From Phycisphaerae bacterium (GTDB lineage: Bacteria; Planctomycetota; Phycisphaerae; UBA1845; Fen-1342): a stretch of DNA of 64,000 nucleotides. The translations under genes and the position numbers were made by a program. The notes under the pieces were generated by a model. The model saw nothing but the letters and a program-made list of their open reading frames with translations. It ran no database searches and was not told the DNA's origin. Position 1 is the stretch's first letter. The number at the start of each line of letters is the position of its first letter. Shown here one piece after another: positions 49,389 to 59,204 of this stretch. The stretch lies in contig CAXXWX010000003.1 of NCBI GenBank assembly GCA_963675745.2, forward strand, positions 32,001 to 96,000, written 5' to 3'.

Positions 49389-51446
49389 ATGACGCCGACG
49401 GGCCGCGCCAAACTCATACCCGTGACCGTGCTCACCCTGGGGAGCGCGGCTGCGTTGAGCATACTCGCGCCGCGTATCTGGCCGATACTTATTCTCGACG
49501 GCGGCTACGCGCTTCTTGTGCTCGTTGCCGCGATCGGCTGGGGAGCCTGGCCGGTCGTGTGGCTGGGTATGTCGCGTGAAACACCGCTGCGGCAAACCTG
49601 CCTCGCCGCCGGGCTGGGGCTGGGTGTCACCAGCATGGTCACACTTGTGCTGGGGCTGGCCGGGTTACTCAACGGCGTCTCGGCATGGGGACTGATCTGG
49701 ATCGGCGTGACACTTGGCGTGGTGCGTCTATACCCGGTGCGCGCTGTCGGCAAGCCGGTTGGCGGCGCGGGTTCGGCCGACGCACCCATGGACACCAACC
49801 CGCGACAGATTGCCACCCAATCGCTGGTGCTGCTTGCGCTGGCGGTTCCCCTGGCTGTGATGTTGTTCGGCGCGTGTCTGCCACCGGGGCTGATCTGGAT
49901 CGGAGAGGGCCGGGGCTACGATGTGCTCGAATATCATCTTCAGGTGCCGCGCGAGTATTTCGAGGCGGGCCACATCACCTTTCTGGCGCACAACGTATAT
50001 GCCTCGTTCCCGCAGCAGGTCGAAATGCAGTACTTGCTGCTGATGCACACGGTCAGCGATCCGTACGACGCCGCCATTCCGGCCCAACTGCTACACGCCC
50101 TGATGGGCGTGCTGACGGTAGTGGCGCTGGCCGCGTGGACGCCGGCGGGGTGGGCACGGACCATCGTCGTGCTGGTGGTCGGCAGCGTACCCTGGCTGGC
50201 CTACCTGGGTTGTCTGGCCTATGTCGAGTTGGGGCTCATGTTCTTTACGGCGTTGGCCGCCGGCATCGTCACCCAGGTGCTGCGCGATGAGCGCCGGGCC
50301 GATTGGCGCTCATTCGCCGTGGCGGGGACATGCGCGGGTCTGGCGGGGGGGTGCAAATACACGGCCGTGGTGCTGGTCGCCGTCGCGCTGGCGCTTGCCT
50401 ATCTGCTTGTCAGCCGCCAGAGCTGGCAGCCCCGTGTTCAACGGTTGGCGGTGTATGCCTGCGGCGTGGCCGTCGCCCTGAGCCCCTGGCTGATTCGCAA
50501 CACGGCCTTCACGGGCAATCCCGTTTACCCGTTTGCCTACAAGGTCTTTGGCGGAATCGCCTGGAGTCCCGCACAAGACGCCCAATGGTCCGCCGGCCAT
50601 CAGCACGGCCCGGATCAGCAATCCACCGGCGCACAATTGCGCAAGGTTGTCAGCGAATTGTTCCTGTCGGGCATGTTCGGACCGGTCGTCTTTCTACTGG
50701 CGCTCGGCGGCCTGGTCTTGAGTCGCGACCGAGCCGCCGGCGAGTTGGGGCTGTGGAGCGTGCTGATGCTGGCCGCCTGGCTCTGGCTGACGCACCTGCC
50801 CGGACGCTTCCTGGTGCCACTGGTGGTGCCAATGGGGCTTCTATCCGGCAGGGTGCTGGATGTGCGGCCTCTCGGCGGGTCGCTATTCGACACTGACCGC
50901 GGCCAGCGCTCCGCCAGATGGGTGCGCTCGCCGCTTGTAGCGCTGGCCGTCGCCGGCGCGCTCTGGAACGGCGCGAACCTCTGGCACCTCCTGCGCGTGG
51001 AAGACGATGCCATGTTCGCGGAATACGGGATCTCGCTGGAAGATGTGCTCGGCGCGACGCGTGCTTGCCGTGATGGTAATCTCGTGGGCTCATCAACGCC
51101 CCCAGACTCCTATGTCTGGCTGGTTGGGCCCGCCAACGTGTTTTACGTCGATCGCGCCATGCATTACAACGCCGTTTTCAACCGGGATCCCTGGCTCCAG
51201 TACGCGAAGGAGGGACACTCGCCGGCGGAATGTATCGACTGGTTGCGCAGCCGAAACGTCACGCATGTGGTATTTTCCTGGTCCGAAATCGACCGTTTGC
51301 GGAAGACCTACGGCTTTGCCGAGATTGTCACGCACGATTGGGTGGCAAAACTGAAGGCCGCCGGGCTGCGGGAAGTCGCGGAGTTGTCCCCGCAGGAGCG
51401 GGCCAAGTACGAGTTGCTGGAAGTGGCTGATGACAGTCGTCCATAA
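49389..51446 (+). CDS. Multi-TM GT-C-like glycosyltransferase (family 39-like)
   Basis: YDVLEYHLQVP, NVYASFP, GCKYT and PWLIRN...TGNPVYP motifs. Confidence 0.75.
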   Translation: MTPTGRAKLIPVTVLTLGSAAALSILAPRIWPILILDGGYALLVLVAAIGWGAWPVVWLGMSRETPLRQTCLAAGLGLGVTSMVTLVLGLAGLLNGVSAWGLIWIGVTLGVVRLYPVRAVGKPVGGAGSADAPMDTNPRQIATQSLVLLALAVPLAVMLFGACLPPGLIWIGEGRGYDVLEYHLQVPREYFEAGHITFLAHNVYASFPQQVEMQYLLLMHTVSDPYDAAIPAQLLHALMGVLTVVALAAWTPAGWARTIVVLVVGSVPWLAYLGCLAYVELGLMFFTALAAGIVTQVLRDERRADWRSFAVAGTCAGLAGGCKYTAVVLVAVALALAYLLVSRQSWQPRVQRLAVYACGVAVALSPWLIRNTAFTGNPVYPFAYKVFGGIAWSPAQDAQWSAGHQHGPDQQSTGAQLRKVVSELFLSGMFGPVVFLLALGGLVLSRDRAAGELGLWSVLMLAAWLWLTHLPGRFLVPLVVPMGLLSGRVLDVRPLGGSLFDTDRGQRSARWVRSPLVALAVAGALWNGANLWHLLRVEDDAMFAEYGISLEDVLGATRACRDGNLVGSSTPPDSYVWLVGPANVFYVDRAMHYNAVFNRDPWLQYAKEGHSPAECIDWLRSRNVTHVVFSWSEIDRLRKTYGFAEIVTHDWVAKLKAAGLREVAELSPQERAKYELLEVADDSRP

Positions 51447-51496
51447 CGGCATCAAACAGGCGACGGCAGAATAACAGAGCGGGAGCACCTCATCGA

Positions 51497-52729
51497 ATGA
51501 AGCAGAAAAGCCCGTATCACTGGGTGCTGAGTGTCTTGCGATACGGCCTGCTGGCCGCGGCGTTGGTGTACCTGTATTTCAACGTCGGCTGGCACGATTA
51601 TGCCAAGCTCAACGACAGCCTCGGCACGCGCGTGCGTGTAGTGGATGTGCGCTACGGGCCGGAGGATAACGGGGCGCGGGTAATCGGGATTGTCGCGTTG
51701 CGCGACGGCCAGAGCGTCGAGTACGGCATCGACCAGCTCGCGCTGATACCAGATACCACCGAGCCGGAAATCCAGCGCGGCATTGTGACCGTCGTACGAC
51801 AGATGCGGATCGGCTGGGCACTGCTGGCGCTGCTGATCTTCGGCCCGGTGCCACTCATGCAATCAATGCGGTTGGTGTGGATGCTGGCCATCCAGGAGGT
51901 GCGAATCTCCTATTGGACCGCCGTCAAGCTCAGCTACGCGGGCAATTTCTTCAACTTCGCCCTGCCCGGTACGACCGGCGGGGATGTGATCAAGGCGTAC
52001 TACCTGACGCAATACACACATCGAAAGACCGAGGTCGTCACCACGGTTTTCCTCGATCGGATCGTCGGCCTGATAGGCGTGGTGATCGTGGCCAGCGTGA
52101 TGATCATGATCAAGTGGAAGACCAGCAATTTCGGTAACTTCGGCCGCGCGCTGGCCATCGTGGCCACCGTGCTTGGCGTCGGCGCCCTGATAATATGCAG
52201 TTCGTGGCTGCGCCGGACGCTGCGCCTGCGCGAGCTGCTTGAGAAGCTGCCGGCCGGACACCATCTCATACGCGCCGGCCGCGCCGCCATCGCACTGGAT
52301 CGCCACCGCGGACTGTTCATCGGGTCGGTTCTGATCACGATCCTGCTCCAGTTCATCGCATATATCGCGATCTTCGCCATCTCGCGCGCGCTCGATATGG
52401 ACGGCGAATTCCTGCACTATCTGGTCTTCCTGCCGATCGGCTTCATGATCGCCGCCATCCCGATCTCGCCGCCGCAGGCTTTCGGCGTGCTGGAATGGGC
52501 CTATATCCAGTTCTTCACCGCGCCGGGGGGACTGGCGAACATGCCCTCACAGGCGGTGGCCCTGGCCCTGGGAGTCCGCCTCATGCAATTGACCTGGGCC
52601 CTGCCGGGTGTCCTGGTGCCGCTCCTGGGTGCGCACCTGCCGCGCGCCGACGAGCTGGCCGAGCTTGAAGATGTCGAAGTTGGTGCCGACGTGCCCGCCG
52701 AGCCGGCCGACAGCGGAACATCGCCGTGA
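51497..52729 (+). CDS. UPF0104 / lysylphosphatidylglycerol synthase TM (flippase-like) protein
   Basis: GNFFNFALPGTTGGDVIKAYY, LDRIVGL and IPISPP.AFGV.E motifs. Confidence 0.85.
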   Translation: MKQKSPYHWVLSVLRYGLLAAALVYLYFNVGWHDYAKLNDSLGTRVRVVDVRYGPEDNGARVIGIVALRDGQSVEYGIDQLALIPDTTEPEIQRGIVTVVRQMRIGWALLALLIFGPVPLMQSMRLVWMLAIQEVRISYWTAVKLSYAGNFFNFALPGTTGGDVIKAYYLTQYTHRKTEVVTTVFLDRIVGLIGVVIVASVMIMIKWKTSNFGNFGRALAIVATVLGVGALIICSSWLRRTLRLRELLEKLPAGHHLIRAGRAAIALDRHRGLFIGSVLITILLQFIAYIAIFAISRALDMDGEFLHYLVFLPIGFMIAAIPISPPQAFGVLEWAYIQFFTAPGGLANMPSQAVALALGVRLMQLTWALPGVLVPLLGAHLPRADELAELEDVEVGADVPAEPADSGTSP

Positions 52730-54492
52730 CAACAGACGCCGCCCCCAAGAGCCGTGGGACTTTCGGTTATTACGCGATCGCCGGCGGGCTCTTGGCAGTT
52801 GTGATCATGGCGATGCACGGGCGGTCGCTGAACTTCGGCTGGTTCATGGATGACTATGCCCATTTGCGGCAACTGCGCGAGTGCGGCTGGTCGCTCGGCT
52901 CACTGGTGGCGGCCTGCCGGCTGGAGCTCAACGGCGGCGTTGTCGACATGTGGTGGCTGCCCGAGGTGACGTTGCGGTTCTTTCGCCCGGTTGCCTTCGC
53001 ATTGATGAAACTGGCATATGTGCTCACCGGGTGGAACGCGACGGCCATGCACGCCTGCTCGCTGGGTTGGCATTGGATCGTCTGCTGCCTGCTGCTCGTG
53101 CTGTTGCGGCGACTGGATGAGCCGCCGATTCGGGCCTGGTGCCTGGCGGCGTTGTTTGCCCTGCACCCCGGCACCACCGCCTGCGTGCAATGGATCGCCT
53201 GCCAGAGCGAGCTGATGGTGACGGCGTTTCTGTTGGGCGGGACACTGTGCTTTGCCAACTACCGCGGGTGGGGTCGGCCGCGAGACTATGCCGGCCGGCC
53301 CGGACACGCGGCCTGGGCGGTCGCGACGGTCGTCCTGTTTATCGCCGCCCTGGGTTGCCGCGAAAACGCGATCATGTTTCCGCTGGTGCTCGTGGTTGGC
53401 GAGGCTTTTGCCCCGCGTGGCGGCCGGCGCCGGGGCCGGCTGCTGCTTGCCGCCCTGGGGCTGACGGCGGCAGTCTACCTGCTGGTTCGCGGGTACTATC
53501 TCCAGGGGATAGCGCTCCCGCCGCGGCCGTACATTGTGCCGCCCAGCGACCCGGATTTCTCACGGTTCGTCTTCGACAAGTTCCTTTACTACCAGCTTGG
53601 CGAATTCCTCTTCGTGCCCATCGTTCCGATCACCGGCCTGCCATACCTGCGCGCACACCCGCTGCTGTTTTACGCGGCGGGGGGCGCTGTGCTGGCCATA
53701 AGCGCATTGCTCACGTGGCGTAACCGCTGCAGGCTTTCCGGCTGGGTCGGGATCGTCTGGCTCGCGGCCTACATGCTCCCGGTGCTGCCGGCGTTCGAGT
53801 CTCCGCATCACTTGTACTTGCCGGGGATCGGCTGGACGTTGGTGATGGCCGTCGCGGCGCGGACGCTCGGCGCTCTCAAGTGGCGTGGCCAAGCGCGACC
53901 CGCTTTCGCCGGCGTATTGGGCCTGTTGTGCGCCACGCTGTTCGTATTCATGAACTACGCTTATTCGTTTCACGCGATGAAGACGGCGCAGCAGGTCGAA
54001 GATCGCGTCGTTGACGAAATCGTCACGGCACCGCACGCCGTCCAGGACGGCGACACGCTCTACGTGGCCAACCTGCCGATGATCGCGCATTACACCCAGC
54101 TCGCCGTCGAGGAACGAACCGGTTTGAAGAATCTGAGAGTTGTGCCGCTCACCTGGGCACCGCAGCTTCTCGGCGTGGGGACTTCCGCGGAACTGCGTCT
54201 GGTTGATGAACATACGATTGAGATGCGCGTTGCGCAGGATCGTTATTTCGCCGGGCCGATGAAGCTGCTGATCCGCGAGGTCACGGGACGTGATCCCGTC
54301 GAACTGCTCGCCGAACCGCTACGCCACGGGGGTTTCACCGTCGAGCTGCTTGACGCTGACGACTCGGGGATAAGCGCGCTGCGATTCACTTTTGACGACG
54401 CCCTGACGAATCGTGGCCTACACTTGTTCTGGGGCTCGCGCCAGCGCTGGGCCTACCAGGTTTTGCCCGAAAGGCAAGGTGATGAGAACTGA
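52726..54492 (+). CDS. GT-C membrane protein, TMTC-like N-terminal region
   Basis: FMDD, FFRPV, H..SL.WH, LFALHP...V.WIA..SEL and REN motifs. Confidence 0.7.
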   Translation: MTTDAAPKSRGTFGYYAIAGGLLAVVIMAMHGRSLNFGWFMDDYAHLRQLRECGWSLGSLVAACRLELNGGVVDMWWLPEVTLRFFRPVAFALMKLAYVLTGWNATAMHACSLGWHWIVCCLLLVLLRRLDEPPIRAWCLAALFALHPGTTACVQWIACQSELMVTAFLLGGTLCFANYRGWGRPRDYAGRPGHAAWAVATVVLFIAALGCRENAIMFPLVLVVGEAFAPRGGRRRGRLLLAALGLTAAVYLLVRGYYLQGIALPPRPYIVPPSDPDFSRFVFDKFLYYQLGEFLFVPIVPITGLPYLRAHPLLFYAAGGAVLAISALLTWRNRCRLSGWVGIVWLAAYMLPVLPAFESPHHLYLPGIGWTLVMAVAARTLGALKWRGQARPAFAGVLGLLCATLFVFMNYAYSFHAMKTAQQVEDRVVDEIVTAPHAVQDGDTLYVANLPMIAHYTQLAVEERTGLKNLRVVPLTWAPQLLGVGTSAELRLVDEHTIEMRVAQDRYFAGPMKLLIREVTGRDPVELLAEPLRHGGFTVELLDADDSGISALRFTFDDALTNRGLHLFWGSRQRWAYQVLPERQGDEN

Positions 54493-55687
54493 CGAGAAGC
54501 TGCCCGCGCTGCGGCACATCGATCTGATGCCGTTTCGCGACGGCGAGGGCGAGGTGCGCTTTCTGCTCCAGGACAACAGCGGCGTCTCGTCTCAACCGAT
54601 CGCCGTTTCACCGGCCGGGTATGCGGTTATCGCGCATCTCGACGGTGGGCATTCGGTCGAGGACATTCAGGCGGTCTTCAAGGCACGATTTCAGCAGGAC
54701 ATACCCGCCGACCAGATCATAGGGCTCGTCGCGGCCCTCGACGAAGCTCTGATGCTCAATACCGCGCGCTACGCCGCCGCCTATGACGAGCATGTCGCGG
54801 CGTATGCGGCCGCGGCGGCGCGTGACAACGCCGCCAACTGGGGTAGCGGGGCGGAAGTGCGTGCCGAGATCGAGACCGTGCTGGCCGACGGCGCGCCGCC
54901 CCCGACGGAGGATGTGGCGGGGTTGATTGTTCCGCATCTGGACTATCGACGCGGCGCGCCGTGCTATGCGGATGGCTATGCGGTGCTGGACGAGGTCAGG
55001 CCGGCCGAGCGCTATGTACTGCTGGGCACCAATCACGCGGGCCGCTCGTTGTCAGTTGTCGCCACCGGTAAGGATTTCGCGACGCCGTTGGGGCTGGTGA
55101 AAACTGACGTTGCCTTCATCGAGGAGCTGGAACGCAGGCTGGGGGCCTCAATCCGTACACACGAGCTCGATCATCTGCGCGAACACTCGATCGAACTTCA
55201 GGTACACATCCTGCAGGTGATCCAGAAGGACACGCCCTTCGAGATTGTGCCGATTCTGTGTCCTGATCCGTGCGGGCCGACGGGCACGCGCCCGGCTGAC
55301 GGCCAGGGCCCCGACCTGGGCGAGTTCGCCGATGCGCTCGGCGCGATGGTGCGGGAGACGGACCGGCGCACGATCATTATCGCCGGTGCCGACCTGAGTC
55401 ACGTCGGGCAGCGTTTTGGAGATCAAGAGCCGAGCACGCCCGAGTTTCTGGAGGGTGTCGGCCAACGTGACCGCCAATTGCTGCAACTGCTCGAGCAGCG
55501 GCGCGAAGACGAGTTTATCGACGCCCTGCGCGCGGCGTCGAACAACACGCGCGTGTGCAGCGCCGGGAGCATCTACACACTGTTGCGGGCACTCCCCGAT
55601 CATCAATGCCGCGTTCTGAGCTATCACCAGGCGGTGGACTACGAGCAGGAGACCCACGTGACCTGCGCCGCGGCTGTCGTCATGTGA
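54482..55687 (+). CDS. AmmeMemoRadiSam system protein B (MEMO1 family), long form
   Basis: VPHLDY.RG, LGTNH, TPLG, EHSIELQ and ADLSHVG..FGD motifs. Confidence 0.9.
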   Translation: MRTDEKLPALRHIDLMPFRDGEGEVRFLLQDNSGVSSQPIAVSPAGYAVIAHLDGGHSVEDIQAVFKARFQQDIPADQIIGLVAALDEALMLNTARYAAAYDEHVAAYAAAAARDNAANWGSGAEVRAEIETVLADGAPPPTEDVAGLIVPHLDYRRGAPCYADGYAVLDEVRPAERYVLLGTNHAGRSLSVVATGKDFATPLGLVKTDVAFIEELERRLGASIRTHELDHLREHSIELQVHILQVIQKDTPFEIVPILCPDPCGPTGTRPADGQGPDLGEFADALGAMVRETDRRTIIIAGADLSHVGQRFGDQEPSTPEFLEGVGQRDRQLLQLLEQRREDEFIDALRAASNNTRVCSAGSIYTLLRALPDHQCRVLSYHQAVDYEQETHVTCAAAVVM

Positions 55688-55735
55688 GCAGGGCAGGTGC
55701 GCGCGTTTCCAACAGTTCCAGAGCCCGACGCCCGT

Positions 55736-55824
55736 GAATGCAGAATGAAGAATGCAGAATGCAGAAACAGCGGACGTGGCGCGGAGTTTCCTTTTCTGCA
55801 TTCTTCATTCTTCATTCTGCATTC
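55736..55824. repeat. Small inverted heptamer array (GAATG(C/A)A)4 / (T(G/T)CATTC)4
   Basis: Two complementary arms of about 32 nt around a spacer of about 25 nt. Confidence 0.9.
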
Positions 55825-55868
55825 GTCGTCGCTTGCCATCCGCCGTACCGCCGCACACACTTTCGGTG

Positions 55869-57242
55869 ATGAATGCCGCCAATACCAAGTTCACGCCGGC
55901 GGGCGACGCGGCGCGGGACGTCCGCCCCATCCCGCCGCGTTTCTGGTGGACAAAGCGGATCGCGCTCGCCGCGCTGATCTACCTGGTCGCCTTGCTGGGC
56001 GTGCGGTGGATCTGGGGAATCTACGCCGAGAATAAGCTGGCAGCCCGGCTCGCCGAGTGCCGCGCCGCGGGTGAACCGATGGACGGGTCGGCGTTCGCCG
56101 GACCGGATATACCGGATGAGGAGAACGCCGCCGTTTTTATTCGAGCCGCGGCCGCGGCATTTGTTGAGTCCGAGCTCACGGGGCGCGATGCCTGGGAGTT
56201 GCTTGACGCGACCGACCTGCCGCGCGAGCAATTTGACGCGGTGGCGGCCCACCTCCGAGCCAACGCGGAAACGCTGAGCCTCCTCGCCTCGGCGGCCGAG
56301 TTGCCCGGCGTAAGTTGGCACTTTGATCCGTTGGCGGACGCCGACGAGGATCTTCCGGACGGGCTCGCAATGGACAGCCTCGGTGGCCTGGTTTGCCTGG
56401 CTGCCATGTACGAACACCAGCGCGGCAACGACTCACAGTCTATCCGATACGCATTGACCGCACTCCAGGTCGGGGATCATTGCGCGCAGGCGCACGGATT
56501 TCTCTTGACGCTGCTCATACGGGACATGATCGCGCGTCGGGTCGTCGATTGGTTTGAAGATCACTCAGGCACGCTGGACTGGGTCGCGGATGCGCGGTTG
56601 ACGCGCGAGTTGATCGCGACACTCCTTGCGGATGACGCCAACGGCGCGTTGTGGGCGGACGCGATGTATGCCTACCGCCTACTTACACTCGAGCGTCTCG
56701 ATGAACACCTGCGTGGTAGTCCTATCGCTTGGTGCCGGTCCGGCCATCGTTGGCCCTGGATCGGACGCCTGGTCAAACCTGCTTGGCAACTCGACACGGT
56801 CACTATCGTGGACTCCTTCGCTGCAATTGCCCGAGTGTGCACACCCACAGATTATCAGACAGCGCATGATCTAGAGAAAGGCGTCTGGTCGGCACTGGTG
56901 GACAGGCCTACAGACGCGTACCTCCTGGCGCACTCACCAAACTACTACGGGCCGCCCGTGCTCGCGGGCGTGCCGAAGGGAGCATACGAGACATCAGCGC
57001 AACGACGTCTCGCCGGCGTCGCGATTGCCCTCCGTTTGTTCGAGGCCGAACATGGCGAGCTTCCCGGCAGGTTGGCCGAACTTGTGCCGACATATCTCCC
57101 GGCGCTGCCGGCTGATCCGTTCAGTGCGAGCCATGACCCCATCAGATTCGCCCGTGACGGCGCGGAGCCACGCGTCTACAGCATCGGCGTGGCCCCGGAC
57201 GACCCCAACGACGACATCACGTTCGTCCTCAGGCCCAGGTGA
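55869..57242 (+). CDS. Hypothetical membrane-anchored protein with a pseudopilin-like C-terminus
   Basis: One N-terminal TM; tail AIALRLF..EHG.LP..LAELVP.YLP.LP.DPF..VYSIG. Confidence 0.75.
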   Translation: MNAANTKFTPAGDAARDVRPIPPRFWWTKRIALAALIYLVALLGVRWIWGIYAENKLAARLAECRAAGEPMDGSAFAGPDIPDEENAAVFIRAAAAAFVESELTGRDAWELLDATDLPREQFDAVAAHLRANAETLSLLASAAELPGVSWHFDPLADADEDLPDGLAMDSLGGLVCLAAMYEHQRGNDSQSIRYALTALQVGDHCAQAHGFLLTLLIRDMIARRVVDWFEDHSGTLDWVADARLTRELIATLLADDANGALWADAMYAYRLLTLERLDEHLRGSPIAWCRSGHRWPWIGRLVKPAWQLDTVTIVDSFAAIARVCTPTDYQTAHDLEKGVWSALVDRPTDAYLLAHSPNYYGPPVLAGVPKGAYETSAQRRLAGVAIALRLFEAEHGELPGRLAELVPTYLPALPADPFSASHDPIRFARDGAEPRVYSIGVAPDDPNDDITFVLRPR

Positions 57243-57253
57243 ACGTGGGGCGC

Positions 57254-58138
57254 TCAAAACAGGCTGTGATACACGACAAGCAGGAAGTACGTGCCCGGCG
57301 GAATCAGCAGCAGAATCAGCGCGTACGCGATGTGCAGTCCGACCACACCCGCCAATCGCAGCACGCGGCCGACGAAGCGATACGGCAGCAAGCGTGCCAT
57401 GAATACCGATGTCTTCCACAGGCACAACGAGTAGACCAGCACGGCAACCGCCGCGACCAGGCCGCGCAGTATGATCCAGCGGTCGCCGCTGGGGAGTATG
57501 AACGCGAGCAGCGCCAATACGGGCGCGGCTATCGCGAGCAACGCCAGCGGTGCCCAGGCGTAGAGGCTCAGCGCCACCAGGCGGTTCTGCCGCTCCACGT
57601 TGTGGCGGCGTGTGACAAATGCCCAACTCGACGCACCTGGCATCCCCGCCATGAGTAATATCCAGATGACCAGGATGTTGGTCATACGCCATACGCCGGT
57701 CTCGGGGTCAGGGCCACGTGACGAACCGCCGCTGGCGAACAGCAATATCGCATCCACGGCTATCAGCAGCAGGGCGGGAAGCGTGGCGAACGCGGCGGTT
57801 ACCCATCGAAATCGGGTTGCATCCGCATAGAGCACTTTCCGTTCGGCCTCGCAATCAACGTGGCGTGGCCGCCGCACCACCAGCCACACCGTCTTCCAGT
57901 ATGCACGCCATAAGCCAAGGTGCTTGCGGTGTACCCAGGGAATCAGCGACTGGCCGCTGTGCAGCCCGACAATCGACACGCCACACTCCGGACAGCGCTC
58001 ACTGGTCAGCCCGCGCAGGTCATAGCCGCAACTAACGCAGGCTATACCAGGCCGTAAAGCCTCGCGTGCGAGCATGGCCTCAGGCGCGGGCGCCTCTGCG
58101 GGTTTGACATCGGCTGGATTGGGTGTACTCCCCGTCAT
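57254..58138 (-). CDS. Zinc-ribbon membrane protein
   Basis: CVSCGYDLRGL...CPECG, followed by about 5 TM helices. Confidence 0.8.
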   Translation of the reverse strand: MTGSTPNPADVKPAEAPAPEAMLAREALRPGIACVSCGYDLRGLTSERCPECGVSIVGLHSGQSLIPWVHRKHLGLWRAYWKTVWLVVRRPRHVDCEAERKVLYADATRFRWVTAAFATLPALLLIAVDAILLFASGGSSRGPDPETGVWRMTNILVIWILLMAGMPGASSWAFVTRRHNVERQNRLVALSLYAWAPLALLAIAAPVLALLAFILPSGDRWIILRGLVAAVAVLVYSLCLWKTSVFMARLLPYRFVGRVLRLAGVVGLHIAYALILLLIPPGTYFLLVVYHSLF

Positions 58139-58340
58139 ACGCTGGCAACTCGCGGCGGCAGGTGACCTGGTTCAACCTGCGCGGAGCTTAGCGTATCAAT
58201 TGGAGTAAGCCAAAGGGGGCGGAGAGCTGCGGTGAAGCACGCATCACGACGGCAGCCGGTCAAGCCGCAGCACCGATCCCCCGATCCCCGTGCCACTGGC
58301 CCTCAACCGGCGTTGCGCAACGGCACAGGGCCCGGCCCCT

Positions 58341-58400
58341 TAACCTGAACCCTGAACCCTAACCCCTGACCTGAACACTGAACACTGAAAACTGAAAACT
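58341..58400. repeat. Single-arm heptamer array (CTGAACC/CTGAACA/CTGAAAA)
   Basis: About 8 units, same family as 5561-5717, just past the PilZ gene stop. Confidence 0.85.
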
Positions 58401-58406
58401 CCGCCC

Positions 58407-59204
58407 CTACAACCCCCATCCCTTCTGCTGTTGCCTGGCGTCAGCCGATGCCGCGAGTCGGTGGAATTTCTGGATGTTGGTCGCCAGACGTTGCAGGATG
58501 ACGCGCCCGTCTACCGACATCTCCAGCCCCACGAACTGGACGGCGACACTGCTATTGCCACTATTCTCGCGCCGCCCGCCGCGGTAGTTCGCGTTCACGA
58601 TGATGGGCGGGCGCCCGTCGGGCAGGGCCAACTCAACCCCGAGCGTCGCATTGGTGGGCCAGTTCGGCAGGTCGGGAGTGTTCACGCTCACCAAACAGCC
58701 GCCGCACGACATGTCGACAAGTTGTCCGGTAGTGATCTGGAGCGTCTTCTGCTGGGCCGTGGCCCAGGCACTGGCGCCGCCCGCCCAGATATTCGCCACC
58801 ACCGGCGTGCCGGACGGAACCCGCGTGCGATAGTACGCACGGCGTTGAAGCTCGGTCATCGTCTGGGGCCAGCGGTAGCGGATCGCCGACACCGCCGTCT
58901 TGTCGTCCAGGACGTAGCGTCCCTTGGCCTCGACCACGGTCGAGAACATGATCTTGCGGCTCTTATGCCGAAAGCTGATACCGGTGTACTGCCCGGCGGC
59001 GAGGGTCGGCAGCGGGGTCTGGTCGTTGGCCTGATAGTCCAGCACGAAAAAGCGGTGGCTGGGATCGCGTTCGAGGAATCGACTTTTGAATGTGAGCCAA
59101 TCGTCGCCTTCCTGCAAGCTGATGACGACCAGTGCATGCTCGCGCACCGCCTGGTCAAAGATGGCCTGCGCCTCATCAGGCGCCACAACTCGTCGCGGTC
59201 TCAT
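58407..59204 (-). CDS. YcgR-like PilZ domain protein
   Basis: QRRAYYR and DMSCGG motifs. Confidence 0.88.
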   Translation of the reverse strand: MRPRRVVAPDEAQAIFDQAVREHALVVISLQEGDDWLTFKSRFLERDPSHRFFVLDYQANDQTPLPTLAAGQYTGISFRHKSRKIMFSTVVEAKGRYVLDDKTAVSAIRYRWPQTMTELQRRAYYRTRVPSGTPVVANIWAGGASAWATAQQKTLQITTGQLVDMSCGGCLVSVNTPDLPNWPTNATLGVELALPDGRPPIIVNANYRGGRRENSGNSSVAVQFVGLEMSVDGRVILQRLATNIQKFHRLAASADARQQQKGWGL

